64,000 nt of DNA, taken from the NCBI GenBank assembly GCA_047601445.1, contig JASGJH010000001.1:6496001-6560000 (forward strand). Direction: 5' to 3'. The notes beneath the pieces were generated by a model. That model saw only the letters and a program-made list of their open reading frames with translations, did no database searches and was not told the origin of the DNA. Numbering within the stretch: the stretch's first letter is position 1; each line of letters opens with the position of its first letter. The translations under genes and the position numbers were made by a program. This DNA comes from Myxococcales bacterium. Its GTDB lineage: Bacteria > Myxococcota_A > Polyangia > Polyangiales > DASUME01. This document shows, piece after piece, positions 1 through 9,397 of the stretch.

Positions 1-90
1 CTGAGAGATGTACTTGCGCAGGTTCTGGCGGATTTTTCCGCGGACGATATGGCGGAAGCGCCCGTGATCCTGGTCGATCTTCAGGGACAT
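1..90 (-). CDS. DUF444 (YeaH/YhbH family) protein, N-terminal 30 aa; runs off the window edge
   Basis: Reverse strand from ATG at 90 reads [30 protein letters not shown], resembling the YeaH/YhbH N-terminus. Not in the ORF track because it is truncated. Confidence 0.8.
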   Translation of the reverse strand, partial: MSLKIDQDHGRFRHIVRGKIRQNLRKYISQ

Positions 91-173
91 GCCCTTGGAG
101 TGTACCCTCCTTTCCTCCCCCGGGAGCGCAACAAATCACCAGTCGGTACGGCCGTGTGGGCGATGGTCGTATT

Positions 174-385
174 GGACGGGGAGGGCACGCGCCCCTCCCC
201 GCCCGTCGCGGCAGTTGCTGGGGGAGGTCACGGGACCTCCCCGCCCGTCGCGGCAGTTGCTGGGGGAGGTCACGGGACCTCCCCGCCCGTCGCGGCAAAG
301 CCGCGCCGGGACCCACCCCACCGCGAGGTTCGCTTCGCTCACTGCGCCGGGACCCACCCCACCGCGAGGTTCGCTGCGCTCACGA
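174..385. repeat. REP-like composite repeat cluster
   Basis: GGGGAGG-N8-9-CCTCCCC hairpins recur with a 42-bp period (about 2.5 units, 194-296), followed by two 41-bp-period copies of GCGCCGGGACCCACCCCACCGCGAGGTTCGCTnCGCTCAC (303-383). Confidence 0.9.
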
Positions 386-688
386 GGTCGCCTTGCTTCA
401 AGCGACTGGCCAGACACCGCTACGAATTTGGCAAGCGACCGCCCAATTGTGTCGACCCGGGGCCGGGAACGACACCTAAACGTCACACTCCCTTCGTCTC
501 CCCGTGACGCACCGGCAGTAGCTCTCTGGCGTGGCTTTTCGAGGTCCGGGAGCTCCCGACTTGGGTGGGCTTAGTGCCCAGCCAGGGATCCCCATCTCTG
601 GGCCCGAAGTCCCCTAGGTCTCATGCGCAGGCGAACGAGCCTGACGCGGCGGATTCAAGCCTCGGAGTAGCCGGGGAAGGTACGGAGC

Positions 689-1390
689 ATGGAACAGCAC
701 GCGGAAAAAGGTCTCTCTCTGATCGAAACCTTCACCAAGCTCGCCGGCCTCGGTGCCGAGTGGGTGATGTGGATGCTCATCGGCATGTTCACGCTGGGCA
801 TCATCATCGCGGTGGAACGTCTTTACCTGTTCCTCTCCACCAAGGTCGACGTCACGGCCACCGCGCGCAAGCTCATCGGCTTCCTCGAGTCCGACCAGGT
901 GGACAAGGCGCGGGAACTCGTGCGTTCCGGCAAGGGCATGGAAGAGCGCGTGGTCTCGGACGCCCTCTCCATGTACGAGCGCGGCGCCGACGCCGTGGAA
1001 GAGGTGGCGCACGCCTCGCTGATCCGCGAGAAGCAGCGCTACGAGCGCGCCCTGATGTACCTCGGCACGGTGGGCAGCAACGGTCCGTTCATCGGTCTGC
1101 TCGGCACTGTTATCGGCGTCATCATCTCTTTCGCCGAGCTCGGTCGTAACCCGAAGGGCGGCCTCGAAGTGGTCGGTCCCGGTATCTCGGAGGCGCTCGT
1201 CGCCACCGCGGTGGGTCTGCTGGTCGCCATTCCCTCGGTCATCTCCTTCAACTGGTTCAAGTCGCTGCTCAAGACGCGCGTGAACAACACGGACTTCTTG
1301 ACCCGCCTCGTGGTGGCGCAGCTCAAGCGCAACGACCGCGTGCCTGGCGGCTCTCTGATGGCCGACGCCGCTGCCGCCGAGGAGGAGTGA
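689..1390 (+). CDS. exbB: MotA/TolQ/ExbB proton channel protein
   Basis: LGTVGSNGPFIGLLGTVIG and GISEALVATAVGLLVAIP transmembrane motifs. Confidence 0.93.
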   Translation: MEQHAEKGLSLIETFTKLAGLGAEWVMWMLIGMFTLGIIIAVERLYLFLSTKVDVTATARKLIGFLESDQVDKARELVRSGKGMEERVVSDALSMYERGADAVEEVAHASLIREKQRYERALMYLGTVGSNGPFIGLLGTVIGVIISFAELGRNPKGGLEVVGPGISEALVATAVGLLVAIPSVISFNWFKSLLKTRVNNTDFLTRLVVAQLKRNDRVPGGSLMADAAAAEEE

Positions 1391-1391
1391 C

Positions 1392-1817
1392 ATGGCTGGC
1401 TCCGCAAAGATGGACGATGACGAGGGCATCAACGAGATCAACGTGACCCCCCTCGTGGATGTGATGCTGGTGCTGCTCGTGATCTTCATGGTGGCTTCGG
1501 TGTACATCGTGAAGGAGTCGATCGAGATCGAGCTGCCCAAGGCGGCCACCGCCACCGACACGGTCGAGACCACGGTCTCCATCGTGATGGACAAGAACCG
1601 CGACCTCTACCTGAACGGCGAGAAGATCAGCGATAACGCCTTGGCAGCTGCGTGTCAGAAGGCTGCGGCCAAGGATGCCAGCACGCAGGCGATCATTGCG
1701 GCTGACCACGCGGTGTCGCACGGCGACGTGATTCGCCTGATCGACCTGGTGCGCAGCAATGGGCTCGAACGCTTCGCCCTGAACGTGAAGCGCCCCGAGA
1801 CCGCCAAGGCCAACTGA
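1392..1817 (+). CDS. exbD: ExbD/TolR biopolymer transport protein
   Basis: EINVTPLVDVMLVLLVIFMV signature; starts 1 bp after the exbB stop. Confidence 0.95.
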   Translation: MAGSAKMDDDEGINEINVTPLVDVMLVLLVIFMVASVYIVKESIEIELPKAATATDTVETTVSIVMDKNRDLYLNGEKISDNALAAACQKAAAKDASTQAIIAADHAVSHGDVIRLIDLVRSNGLERFALNVKRPETAKAN

Positions 1818-1853
1818 ACCTTCCCCGAGCACGAGCGCGAGAACGAGGCAGTC

Positions 1854-2603
1854 ATGAATGCACTTGGACCTGAGCCAGAGAGCGGCGGCCGCCTGGGCCG
1901 CATGGGAATCGGACTCGGCATCGCCTTGGCGCTAGGCCTCGGTCTGGTGTTCGGAGCGGATCACATCGTGCCCACCAAGCGCCTGCTGGCCGAGGTGCTG
2001 CCGATCACGATGGTGGAAGACCGTCCGATTCCGCCGAAGAAGGAAGAAGAGCCGCCGCCGCCTCCTCCGCCCCCGCTCGAGGCGCCCAAGCCCAAGCCCC
2101 AGAAGGCTGACAAGCCCGCTCCGGCCGAGGCACCGCCGCCCGACGCACCCCCGCCTCCCTCCGACCAGCCCCAGCAGGACCCGGTCGGCCTGGACGCCGA
2201 TAGCTTCGGCGCGGGCAGCGGTGGCGCTGCGTTCCACGTGGGCACCAGCCAGATGGGTACCCCCGGCGGCTTCGGCCGCGGTGGAGTCCAGCAGCAGCCC
2301 ACGAACCAGGACATGCGCGGCCCCGGTCCCCGTCTGGTGGAAGCCAGGGCTCGTCCCGGCAACGCCATCCCGGCCTACTCGGACCGCGCTCGTCGCCGCA
2401 ATATCCAGGGCATGATCGTGATCGAGGCCGACATCGACGAGTCCGGTCACGTCACGCGCGCCGTGGTGCGTGGCAAGGTGGACCCGGAGCTCGACGCCGC
2501 GGCCCTGAAGGCCGTGAAGACCTGGAGTTTCGAGCCCGCGACCCTGGCCGGCAAGGCCGTGGCGAGCACCAAGTTCCTCAAGTTCCGCTTCGAGCTGAAC
2601 TGA
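1854..2603 (+). CDS. tonB: TonB family energy transducer
   Basis: N-terminal TM helix, Pro-rich linker, TonB C-domain (YSDRARRRNIQG...LDAAALKAVKTWSFEPA). Confidence 0.9.
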   Translation: MNALGPEPESGGRLGRMGIGLGIALALGLGLVFGADHIVPTKRLLAEVLPITMVEDRPIPPKKEEEPPPPPPPPLEAPKPKPQKADKPAPAEAPPPDAPPPPSDQPQQDPVGLDADSFGAGSGGAAFHVGTSQMGTPGGFGRGGVQQQPTNQDMRGPGPRLVEARARPGNAIPAYSDRARRRNIQGMIVIEADIDESGHVTRAVVRGKVDPELDAAALKAVKTWSFEPATLAGKAVASTKFLKFRFELN

Positions 2604-2681
2604 CTTGGTGTCCTGGCCCACCCCCTCCCGGAGGGTGAGCGGCCGGCCGAGTACGTTCTTGGTGTCTTGAGGTCATTATCT

Positions 2682-2727
2682 CGAAGGCCCTGTCCCGGTT
2701 AGGTTCCGGGCAGGGCCTTTCGCCTTT
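2682..2727 (+). terminator. probable intrinsic terminator after exbBD-tonB
   Basis: Long stem GAAGGCCCTG(T)CCCGG / CCGGGCAGGGCCTTT followed by short T-runs. Confidence 0.6.
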
Positions 2728-2786
2728 GGATCTCCTCCCGAGCGGACCGCCCTTTTTGGCTTGGCTGCTTTGCTTGGAGACGATCC

Positions 2787-4736
2787 ATGAACATTCGCGA
2801 CGTCCGCGTGCGCGGGCCCGTACTGGGGCTGCTTCTCTGCGCGTTGAGCGCTGGCTGTCACGGCGACAAACCCACCGTCGGCACCAACCAGGGCCCGTCG
2901 ACCGGAGACGGTGATGGCGACGGCAGCGGGGACGGCGATGGGGATGGCCGCGGTGACGGCGATGGTGACGGCGACGGTGATGGCGACGGCGACGGCGACG
3001 GTGGCGATTCGGGCGAGGCCGTGGTCATCGACGAGTGCAAGTCGGGAGCTGCCGGGCTGAGCAACGATCAGATCAGCGCGCTCAAGAAGGGGGGCGACGC
3101 CAGCAAGGCGCGCCTGCTCTATCCCTACGACGGCACCGTGTTCCCCCGTGGACTCGAGGGCCCTCAGCTGATGTGGGAGCTCGACCCGAAGGCCGACGCG
3201 GTGTTCGTGCACCTCAAGTCCTCGCGCTTCGAATACAGCGGCTGCCTGAAGCCCACCGCCAACAACACGCTGCTGTTGCCCCAGAAGATCTGGCAGCAAG
3301 CTGGCACCAAGACCCTGGGCCTGAAGGATCCATTCGCGGTGGAGGTGACGCTGCTATCGGGCAAGAGCGCGCGCGGTCCGCTCAAGCAGCAGTGGATCAT
3401 CGCGCAGGCGACCATCAAGGGGTCCATCTACTACAACAGCTATATCTCGGCGGCGGGTGGAGGGATCCCCGGCGGCAAGGTGTTCCGCATCCCACCCGGC
3501 AAGAAGTTCGAGCCGTTCTCGGCCATGGAGTGCAACGGCTGTCACTCGGTCTCGGCCAACGGCGCGCGCATGACGAGCCAGGCCTTGAGCACCATCCCCG
3601 GTTTTCCGGTGGGCCGTACTTTCGACATCGAGAACGGCAAGGCCAAGCAGCTCTCGACGCCTGGGGCGGCTCCATACACCGCGCTCTATCCCGATGGATC
3701 CGTGTACGTGATGCCTTCGCTGGGGACCGAGGTCGCGCGCTCCGTGCTCAGCACGAACACCGCCGTGGCGCTGCTGCCGAACACCGACGCGGCGCTCTAC
3801 GAGACCGACACGGGCACGTTGATCCCCAACTCCAACATCCCACCTGGCGCGCTGATGCCGAGCTTCGCGCCCGACGGTTCGCTGCTGGTGTTCAACGACA
3901 ACGCCCGCAGCGCGGACGAGCTCGCGATGGTGACCTTCGACGGTAAGACCAATAAAGCTGGCACCTATACGCAAGTCTTCAAGGACACGGCGGCGGACAC
4001 GCGGCCGGGCTGGCCCTTCTTTCTTCCCGACAAGAAGGGCGTGGTCTTCGTGCGCGCGGGCGGGGACTTTTCGGGCAATGGCGCCGGCGTGGCGGGTGGT
4101 GTGCTCGCGGAGCTCGGTCCCTACAGCGAGTTGTTCTCCGTGGATCTCGACACCGGCAAGTCCACCGTGCTCGCGCGCGCCATGGGCTTCAACAGCGCAG
4201 CCGACGCCGCCGCGGGCAAGACGTACATGCCGTTCGGCAACGCCGACATCAAGAAGGCCTACTTCCCCACGGTGTCTCCCGTGGCCGCGGGCGGCTTCTT
4301 CTGGGTGTTCTACGATGCGGTACGCCACTACGGAAACCTCGGGCAGCAACGCGCGCTGTGGGGCAGCGCCGTGGAGATCTCCAAGGACGGCGACTACTCC
4401 GTGGATCGTAGCCATCCGCCCTTCTACATCCCGGGCCAAGAGCTGAACACCGGCAACCATCGCGCCTTCACCGCGCTCGATCCGTGCAAAGCGGACGGCG
4501 ACAAGTGCACGAGCGGCGTGGACTGCTGCGGCGGGTTCTGCACCTTCCCCGACGACACGAGCGGTAGTGAGTTCTCCGAAGGCGAGCGCGTGGGCTCCTG
4601 CGCCTCCACGCCCAAGGAGTGCTCCGGCACCGACGAACGTTGCAAGGTGGACGCCGACTGCTGCGCGCCCGCTTCCGACAAGGAGGCGCCCTTGAGCTGC
4701 ATCTCGGGCTACTGCGCCGGGTTGATCCTGCTCTGA
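2787..4736 (+). CDS. lipoprotein with (GD)n linker, TolB/PD40-like beta-propeller and Cys-rich C-terminus
   Basis: Lipobox LSAGC, long GD tract, PD40-like PSFAPDGSLLVF motif, CNGCH, terminal C-x-C-CC knots. Confidence 0.75.
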   Translation: MNIRDVRVRGPVLGLLLCALSAGCHGDKPTVGTNQGPSTGDGDGDGSGDGDGDGRGDGDGDGDGDGDGDGDGGDSGEAVVIDECKSGAAGLSNDQISALKKGGDASKARLLYPYDGTVFPRGLEGPQLMWELDPKADAVFVHLKSSRFEYSGCLKPTANNTLLLPQKIWQQAGTKTLGLKDPFAVEVTLLSGKSARGPLKQQWIIAQATIKGSIYYNSYISAAGGGIPGGKVFRIPPGKKFEPFSAMECNGCHSVSANGARMTSQALSTIPGFPVGRTFDIENGKAKQLSTPGAAPYTALYPDGSVYVMPSLGTEVARSVLSTNTAVALLPNTDAALYETDTGTLIPNSNIPPGALMPSFAPDGSLLVFNDNARSADELAMVTFDGKTNKAGTYTQVFKDTAADTRPGWPFFLPDKKGVVFVRAGGDFSGNGAGVAGGVLAELGPYSELFSVDLDTGKSTVLARAMGFNSAADAAAGKTYMPFGNADIKKAYFPTVSPVAAGGFFWVFYDAVRHYGNLGQQRALWGSAVEISKDGDYSVDRSHPPFYIPGQELNTGNHRAFTALDPCKADGDKCTSGVDCCGGFCTFPDDTSGSEFSEGERVGSCASTPKECSGTDERCKVDADCCAPASDKEAPLSCISGYCAGLILL

Positions 4737-4826
4737 GGAGACGCGGTCCAACCAATCGTGCGCGTGCGGCCGTTTCGGGGGGTCGGGACGCTTGCGCCTC
4801 GTGCCTCCATGGGTGAGTTTTCCCAG

Positions 4827-5171
4827 ATGTCGATGATCATCGCCTGGTTGAGTGCCTCCCTCGGTCTCTTCATCGCCTCGCGCGTGCTGTCCGGCGTGAA
4901 GTTGGCGTCGGCCACGGACGCGCTCTGGGCGGGTGCCCTGCTTGGCGTGCTGCAGTGGGCCCTCTACAAGTTCATCTTCCTTGCGCTCGGGGTGGCCACG
5001 CTCGGCATCGGGTTCTTGCTGTGGTTCATCACGCGCTGGATCGCCTCGGCCCTGGTCATTTTGCTGACCTCGAAGCTGAGTTCACGTCTGCACGTCGACG
5101 GCTTCTTCAGCGCCCTGATCACCGCATTCATCGTCGCCGCAGCCGGTAGCGCCGTCCGCTGGGCCATGTGA
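4827..5171 (+). CDS. small 4-TM membrane protein, YvlD / 'phage holin 4' family
   Basis: About 114 aa with four hydrophobic segments and TLG..F and HVDGFFSALI motifs. Start could be 4809, 4827 or 4833. Confidence 0.75.
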   Translation: MSMIIAWLSASLGLFIASRVLSGVKLASATDALWAGALLGVLQWALYKFIFLALGVATLGIGFLLWFITRWIASALVILLTSKLSSRLHVDGFFSALITAFIVAAAGSAVRWAM

Positions 5172-5182
5172 GCGGCTTTTGT

Positions 5183-5266
5183 ACGGGGAGGTCACGCGAC
5201 CTCCCCGCCCTGCGCAGCAAAGCCGCGCCGGGACCCACCCCACCGCGAGGTTCGCTCCGCTCACGA
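5183..5266. repeat. REP-like composite repeat, single copy of the family at 174-385
   Basis: ACGGGGAGGTCACGCGACCTCCCCGCCC...GCAAAGCCGCGCCGGGACCCACCCCACCGCGAGGTTCGCTCCGCTCACGA. Confidence 0.9.
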
Positions 5267-5433
5267 AACGCTTCGCGCCTGTGCTCCCTTGCCTTCGTGA
5301 GCGAACCCTGCCACGCGCACCGCCTCGAAATTAATCTCTGGTGTTCGCCCACGGAAATGGGCTTCTCTGGCCACCTGAGCCGAAGGGGAAACTCGATTTC
5401 ACCCCGGCTGCGACTTTTCCGCTCGAGGTGGCT

Positions 5434-6501
5434 ATGAAACGGTTTGCCCTGGTCTGTCCGCTGATTTTTGCTCTGGCCTGCAGTGGAGACAAAGACCCCA
5501 AGGGGGGCAACGGTCTAGGAAGTGGCAACGGCGGTGATGGCGATGGTGACGTCGAAGGCTCAGGCATGTCTGGCGACGGCTGCGAGGAGCACATCGTCAA
5601 ACCCATGCGCGTGACGCCCGATATGCTCATCGTGCTGGACCGTTCCGGCAGCATGGAAATGTTCAAGCGTTGGCAGCCCTCGGTAAAGGGACTCGAGGCG
5701 ATCGTCGACAAGCTCGATAACGTGATCAACTTCGGTTTGATGACGTTCCCCAACAAGTCGGGCGATCGACAGGCCTCGGGCGATACCCAGAACTGCACCC
5801 CGGGTGAGATCGACGTGCCGGTGGCCGCGAAGAACGCCTCCAAGATCGACAGCTTCTTGAGCAGCACGAGCTCCAATGGACGCACGCCCACGGCGGCCAC
5901 GCTGCAGAACGTGCTCAAGAACTTCCAGGCCGACTCGGAGGATCCCGACCAGGTTTACACGGGTCGCTACGTGCTGCTCGTCACGGATGGTGCTCCCAAC
6001 TGCAGCAATCCCAACGGCGGTGGCGGCTTTGGCGGTGGCGGCTTCGGCGGCGGCGGCGCGGGCGGAGAGCCCCAGGCGGTTGACGACTCGGTGGCAGCCG
6101 TGAAGGCGCTGGCGGCTGCTGGCATCCCCACCTACGTGTTGGGTTACGACGCCAAGAGCGACATGACTCTGAGCGCAGCGCTCGACCGCATGGCCCAGGC
6201 GGGCGACACGGGTGACACCTCGTATCGACCGATCGAAGACGAAGCGAGCCTCGTGAAGGAATTCGATCAGATCGCGGGTGGTGCCGTGACCTGCGATTAC
6301 TTGCTCGACAACGTGCAGAAGAACCCGGCGCTGGTGCGCGTGGAGCTCGATGGCGAGATGCTGAACTACGACGACCCCAACGGCTGGCGCTTGCGCCAGG
6401 ACAACCGCACGGTGTCGCTGCAGGGCACTGCCTGCGACAAGCTACGCACGGGAGACGATCACACCTTCTCGGTGGTCGTGCAGTGCGTGGAGTTGTTCTG
6501 A
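5434..6501 (+). CDS. VWA-domain lipoprotein (CglB-like architecture)
   Basis: Lipobox ALAC, MIDAS motifs DRSGS, TPT and VTDG, C-terminal Cys-containing domain. Confidence 0.85.
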   Translation: MKRFALVCPLIFALACSGDKDPKGGNGLGSGNGGDGDGDVEGSGMSGDGCEEHIVKPMRVTPDMLIVLDRSGSMEMFKRWQPSVKGLEAIVDKLDNVINFGLMTFPNKSGDRQASGDTQNCTPGEIDVPVAAKNASKIDSFLSSTSSNGRTPTAATLQNVLKNFQADSEDPDQVYTGRYVLLVTDGAPNCSNPNGGGGFGGGGFGGGGAGGEPQAVDDSVAAVKALAAAGIPTYVLGYDAKSDMTLSAALDRMAQAGDTGDTSYRPIEDEASLVKEFDQIAGGAVTCDYLLDNVQKNPALVRVELDGEMLNYDDPNGWRLRQDNRTVSLQGTACDKLRTGDDHTFSVVVQCVELF

Positions 6502-6548
6502 GGGTAAGGGGCTTCCCCCTGGGAGCCCACGTGGTGTAGAAGGCAGGC

Positions 6549-8336
6549 GTGCCTGAACGTAGTCAGCTGAGTTGGGCGCGCCGCGTTCTGCTTTCGGACC
6601 GAGCCGTGTGGTGGGTGGCAGCTGCGGCCATGCTGGCGGCCCTGCCATCGACCGCCATCGGCTTCTACACCGACGACTACACGCTCTTCGCGTATCTGAC
6701 CAAGGTCTTCTCCGAGAGCCCTCCCTGGTACGACCTGTATCGCTTCGTGCCAGGTGATCCGCAGGTCAATCGCGTATACATCGACGAGGGCTTCTTGGCC
6801 TGGTGGTCCGCACCCGAGCTCCGCGTGCGTCTCCTGCGTCCGCTCTCGAGCGTGCTCTTCAGCTGGGAGCGCGCGGCCTTCGGCGACCATGCGCTGCTCT
6901 ACCACGTGCACTCGCTGGCCTGGTTCGCGGGCTTGCTCGCCGCACTCTGGTCGTTCTATCGACGCTTGTTCACCCGTGAGCTCGCCGCGCTGGCGTTGCT
7001 CGTGTACGGCGTGTCGTCGGCCAACCTGCACCTCTATGGCTGGGTCTCGGCGCGGCACCTGCTCCTGAGCACCACCTTCGTGGCGCTCGCGCTGGGCCTG
7101 CAGGAGCGCGCACAGCGGGAGAACTCGACCCGCTTTCGCGGGCTGTCGTGGCTCTCGTTGGTGCTGGGCCTGCTTTGTGGTGAGAGCGGTCTGTGCGGTT
7201 TGATCTTCGCGGGCGCCTATGCCGTGGCCCACGCGCACGAGGGCGGCAAGAACCGTCCCTGGCGGGCCGCATTGCCCTATCTCGCGGGAGCCCTGGGCTA
7301 CTTGCTGTTCTACGCGGCGCTCGGTGGCGGGGCCAAGTACAGCGGTATGTACATCTCGCCGCTGGCTTCGCCCGCTGCCTATCTCAAGGCGACCGTGGTA
7401 CGCGTGCCCGCGCTGATCGGCAACGCGCTGTGGAGCATTCCAGCGGACTTCATCAACGTGGTGCCTCCAGCCAGCATCGCGCTGCTCGGGCTCGTCGCGT
7501 TCGCTGCCTTCGGTTGGCTGGTCAGCCGCATCTGGAGCACGCTCTCGGAGTTCGAGCAGACGACGCTACGTTGGCTCGGACTGGCTGCGCTGATTTCGTT
7601 GCCTGCCATGGTGGGAGGCTCTCCGGGCTCGCGCATGCTCGCGATTCCCAACATCGGGTTCGCACCCGTGTGCGCGGCCGTACTGCTCTATGGAAAGCGG
7701 GCCTTCGAGGACGAGCCGCGCGGGCTCGCGCTCACCGGCAGGGGACTCGTGAGGCTATTCGGGTTCACCACGCTGGTATTGGCGCCCTTGCAGCTGTTGG
7801 TGGGTGTCGCCATGCATCGATCGATGGCCGACAAGACGCGTTTCGTGGCCGAACACCTGCCGTCTTCAGCGCTGCGCGCGGACACCCGCCTGGTGATGGT
7901 CGCTTCGTCGGATCCGCTGGCCTATATGTATCCGCGCTCCATTCTGGGCGCGCAGCACGCTACCCAGGCGCGCTGCTGGTCGGTGCTGTCGGGAGCACGC
8001 GCCGATCACCGAATCACGCGGGTTGGCGAGCGCGAACTGATGATCGCACCCATCGGCCGGACGATGCTGCAGGGGGAGTTCGAGGGACTCTATCGCGCGG
8101 CGGAGATCCCGCTGCGGGTCGGCGACGAGGTGGAGCAGTGCGGACTCAAGATCCGCGTGGCTGCCCTGCAAGACGGAAAGCCCAGCCGCATCCACGTGGC
8201 CTTCGACGCTGCGCTCGACGACCCCACGCTCAGCCTGGTGGAATGGAAAGACGAACGCTTCGTCCCCTTCGTGCCGCCTGCGGTGGGCCAGAGCGTGCTG
8301 TGGAAGTGGTCGAGCGGACCCACCGGATTGTTCTAG
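6549..8336 (+). CDS. polytopic membrane protein, probable GT-C fold glycosyltransferase
   Basis: DDY acidic motif after TM1, RPLS...YH motif, many TM segments, soluble C-terminal domain. Confidence 0.6.
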   Translation: MPERSQLSWARRVLLSDRAVWWVAAAAMLAALPSTAIGFYTDDYTLFAYLTKVFSESPPWYDLYRFVPGDPQVNRVYIDEGFLAWWSAPELRVRLLRPLSSVLFSWERAAFGDHALLYHVHSLAWFAGLLAALWSFYRRLFTRELAALALLVYGVSSANLHLYGWVSARHLLLSTTFVALALGLQERAQRENSTRFRGLSWLSLVLGLLCGESGLCGLIFAGAYAVAHAHEGGKNRPWRAALPYLAGALGYLLFYAALGGGAKYSGMYISPLASPAAYLKATVVRVPALIGNALWSIPADFINVVPPASIALLGLVAFAAFGWLVSRIWSTLSEFEQTTLRWLGLAALISLPAMVGGSPGSRMLAIPNIGFAPVCAAVLLYGKRAFEDEPRGLALTGRGLVRLFGFTTLVLAPLQLLVGVAMHRSMADKTRFVAEHLPSSALRADTRLVMVASSDPLAYMYPRSILGAQHATQARCWSVLSGARADHRITRVGERELMIAPIGRTMLQGEFEGLYRAAEIPLRVGDEVEQCGLKIRVAALQDGKPSRIHVAFDAALDDPTLSLVEWKDERFVPFVPPAVGQSVLWKWSSGPTGLF

Positions 8337-9127
8337 CGAGTGGCTCCTGCATCGGGCGAGACCCGATGCAGGAGCCACGGCGTGAGCGCGCCGAATGCGG
8401 TGCCCAATGCGGCGCCCACCAGGACATCGCTCATGTAGTGCCGATCGGCCGCGATACGCAGGTAGCCGCTCAACAACGCGAGCGGGATCCCCACCGCCCA
8501 AACGTAGGGCGCGCCGCGATACCCGCGCATCGTGGCCACAGTGCCCGCGGCGACCGCCATCGAAAACGCCAACGAGGTATGACCCGAGTAGAAGGATAGG
8601 TTGTTGTCGGAGGGGTGATCGGTGGACCCCTTGTCCGCCTCGGGCAGAGCGTGCACGAAGGGACGCTCACGGCCCGCGATGAACTTGATGCCTTGGTTTG
8701 CCAGGCCAGCCAGGGCCACCGCCTCCGAGATGAACAGCAGATCCTCGGGCAGCCGGTCAGCCGCATGGTCGCGAACGGCGGCCACGCTCATGATGGCGGC
8801 CAGGCCCAAGGGTAAGACCCCTACGGTGACCCAGTTGCTGGCGCGCCGCGCAGCCGTGGTGTTCTCCCACTTCAACCCCTCGCGAATGCCCTCGTCGAAC
8901 CCGTTGGTCCGACACCATCGACAATCCTCGGGAGCCAGCGCCGACTTGCCCAACTCCGTACCCACCCAGATGCTCAGGGCACCCAGTGTGAGCGGCAGAT
9001 CCAGCTTGAGATTGTAGGGCAGCTCATGGACCGCGCTGGTGCCGCTTTGCGCGGGAGCCTCGGCGAGCGCCTGAGCACGAGCGGACGACGGGGCCGCCGC
9101 GGCCAAAAGCGAGAGCACTGCCAGCAT
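8333..9127 (-). CDS. PAP2 family phosphatase
   Basis: K-x6-RP (KFIAGRERP), SFYSGH and R-x5-H-x3-D (RIAADRHYMSD) motifs. Start uncertain; ORF is open to 9184. Confidence 0.9.
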   Translation of the reverse strand: MLAVLSLLAAAAPSSARAQALAEAPAQSGTSAVHELPYNLKLDLPLTLGALSIWVGTELGKSALAPEDCRWCRTNGFDEGIREGLKWENTTAARRASNWVTVGVLPLGLAAIMSVAAVRDHAADRLPEDLLFISEAVALAGLANQGIKFIAGRERPFVHALPEADKGSTDHPSDNNLSFYSGHTSLAFSMAVAAGTVATMRGYRGAPYVWAVGIPLALLSGYLRIAADRHYMSDVLVGAALGTAFGALTPWLLHRVSPDAGATR

Positions 9128-9397
9128 TACCAGCGACCCGGTCCACAGACGCAACATTCCGGGGCGGATCTTGCCATCGGCCATCTGCCCACGGCAAATG
9201 GCCGATCGGTCCGTCGGCCAACCGCGAGCGACCCGCGGCGCCCGGCGAGCTAAAGCGTCGTCTGGACGCTTGGCACGCGGTAGTCGGCGCTCGATGTGCG
9301 GCAGCTCTCAGGCTGTCAGCTACGGATGGGGTGACCGGCTCGAGCACGATTTGCTTTGCTTGTCACCCCACCTTAAGGTCGCGGTACGTCCAGGTGC

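Noticed and set aside
174..385. CRISPR array
   Set aside because: The units are head-to-tail with identical intervening sequence, there are no unique spacers, and no cas genes are in the window.
499..688. cobalamin riboswitch or 6S RNA upstream of exbB
   Set aside because: No B12-box or GCCACTG/GGGAAG pattern in the right order, and no 6S-type context. Kept only as a generic structured-leader candidate.
2666..2682. Fur box near tonB
   Set aside because: Only a half-site (CATTATC) matches, and it lies downstream of the operon.
4827..5171. prophage suggested by a 'phage holin' family gene
   Set aside because: This family is common in chromosomes, and no endolysin, structural, terminase or integrase genes are present.
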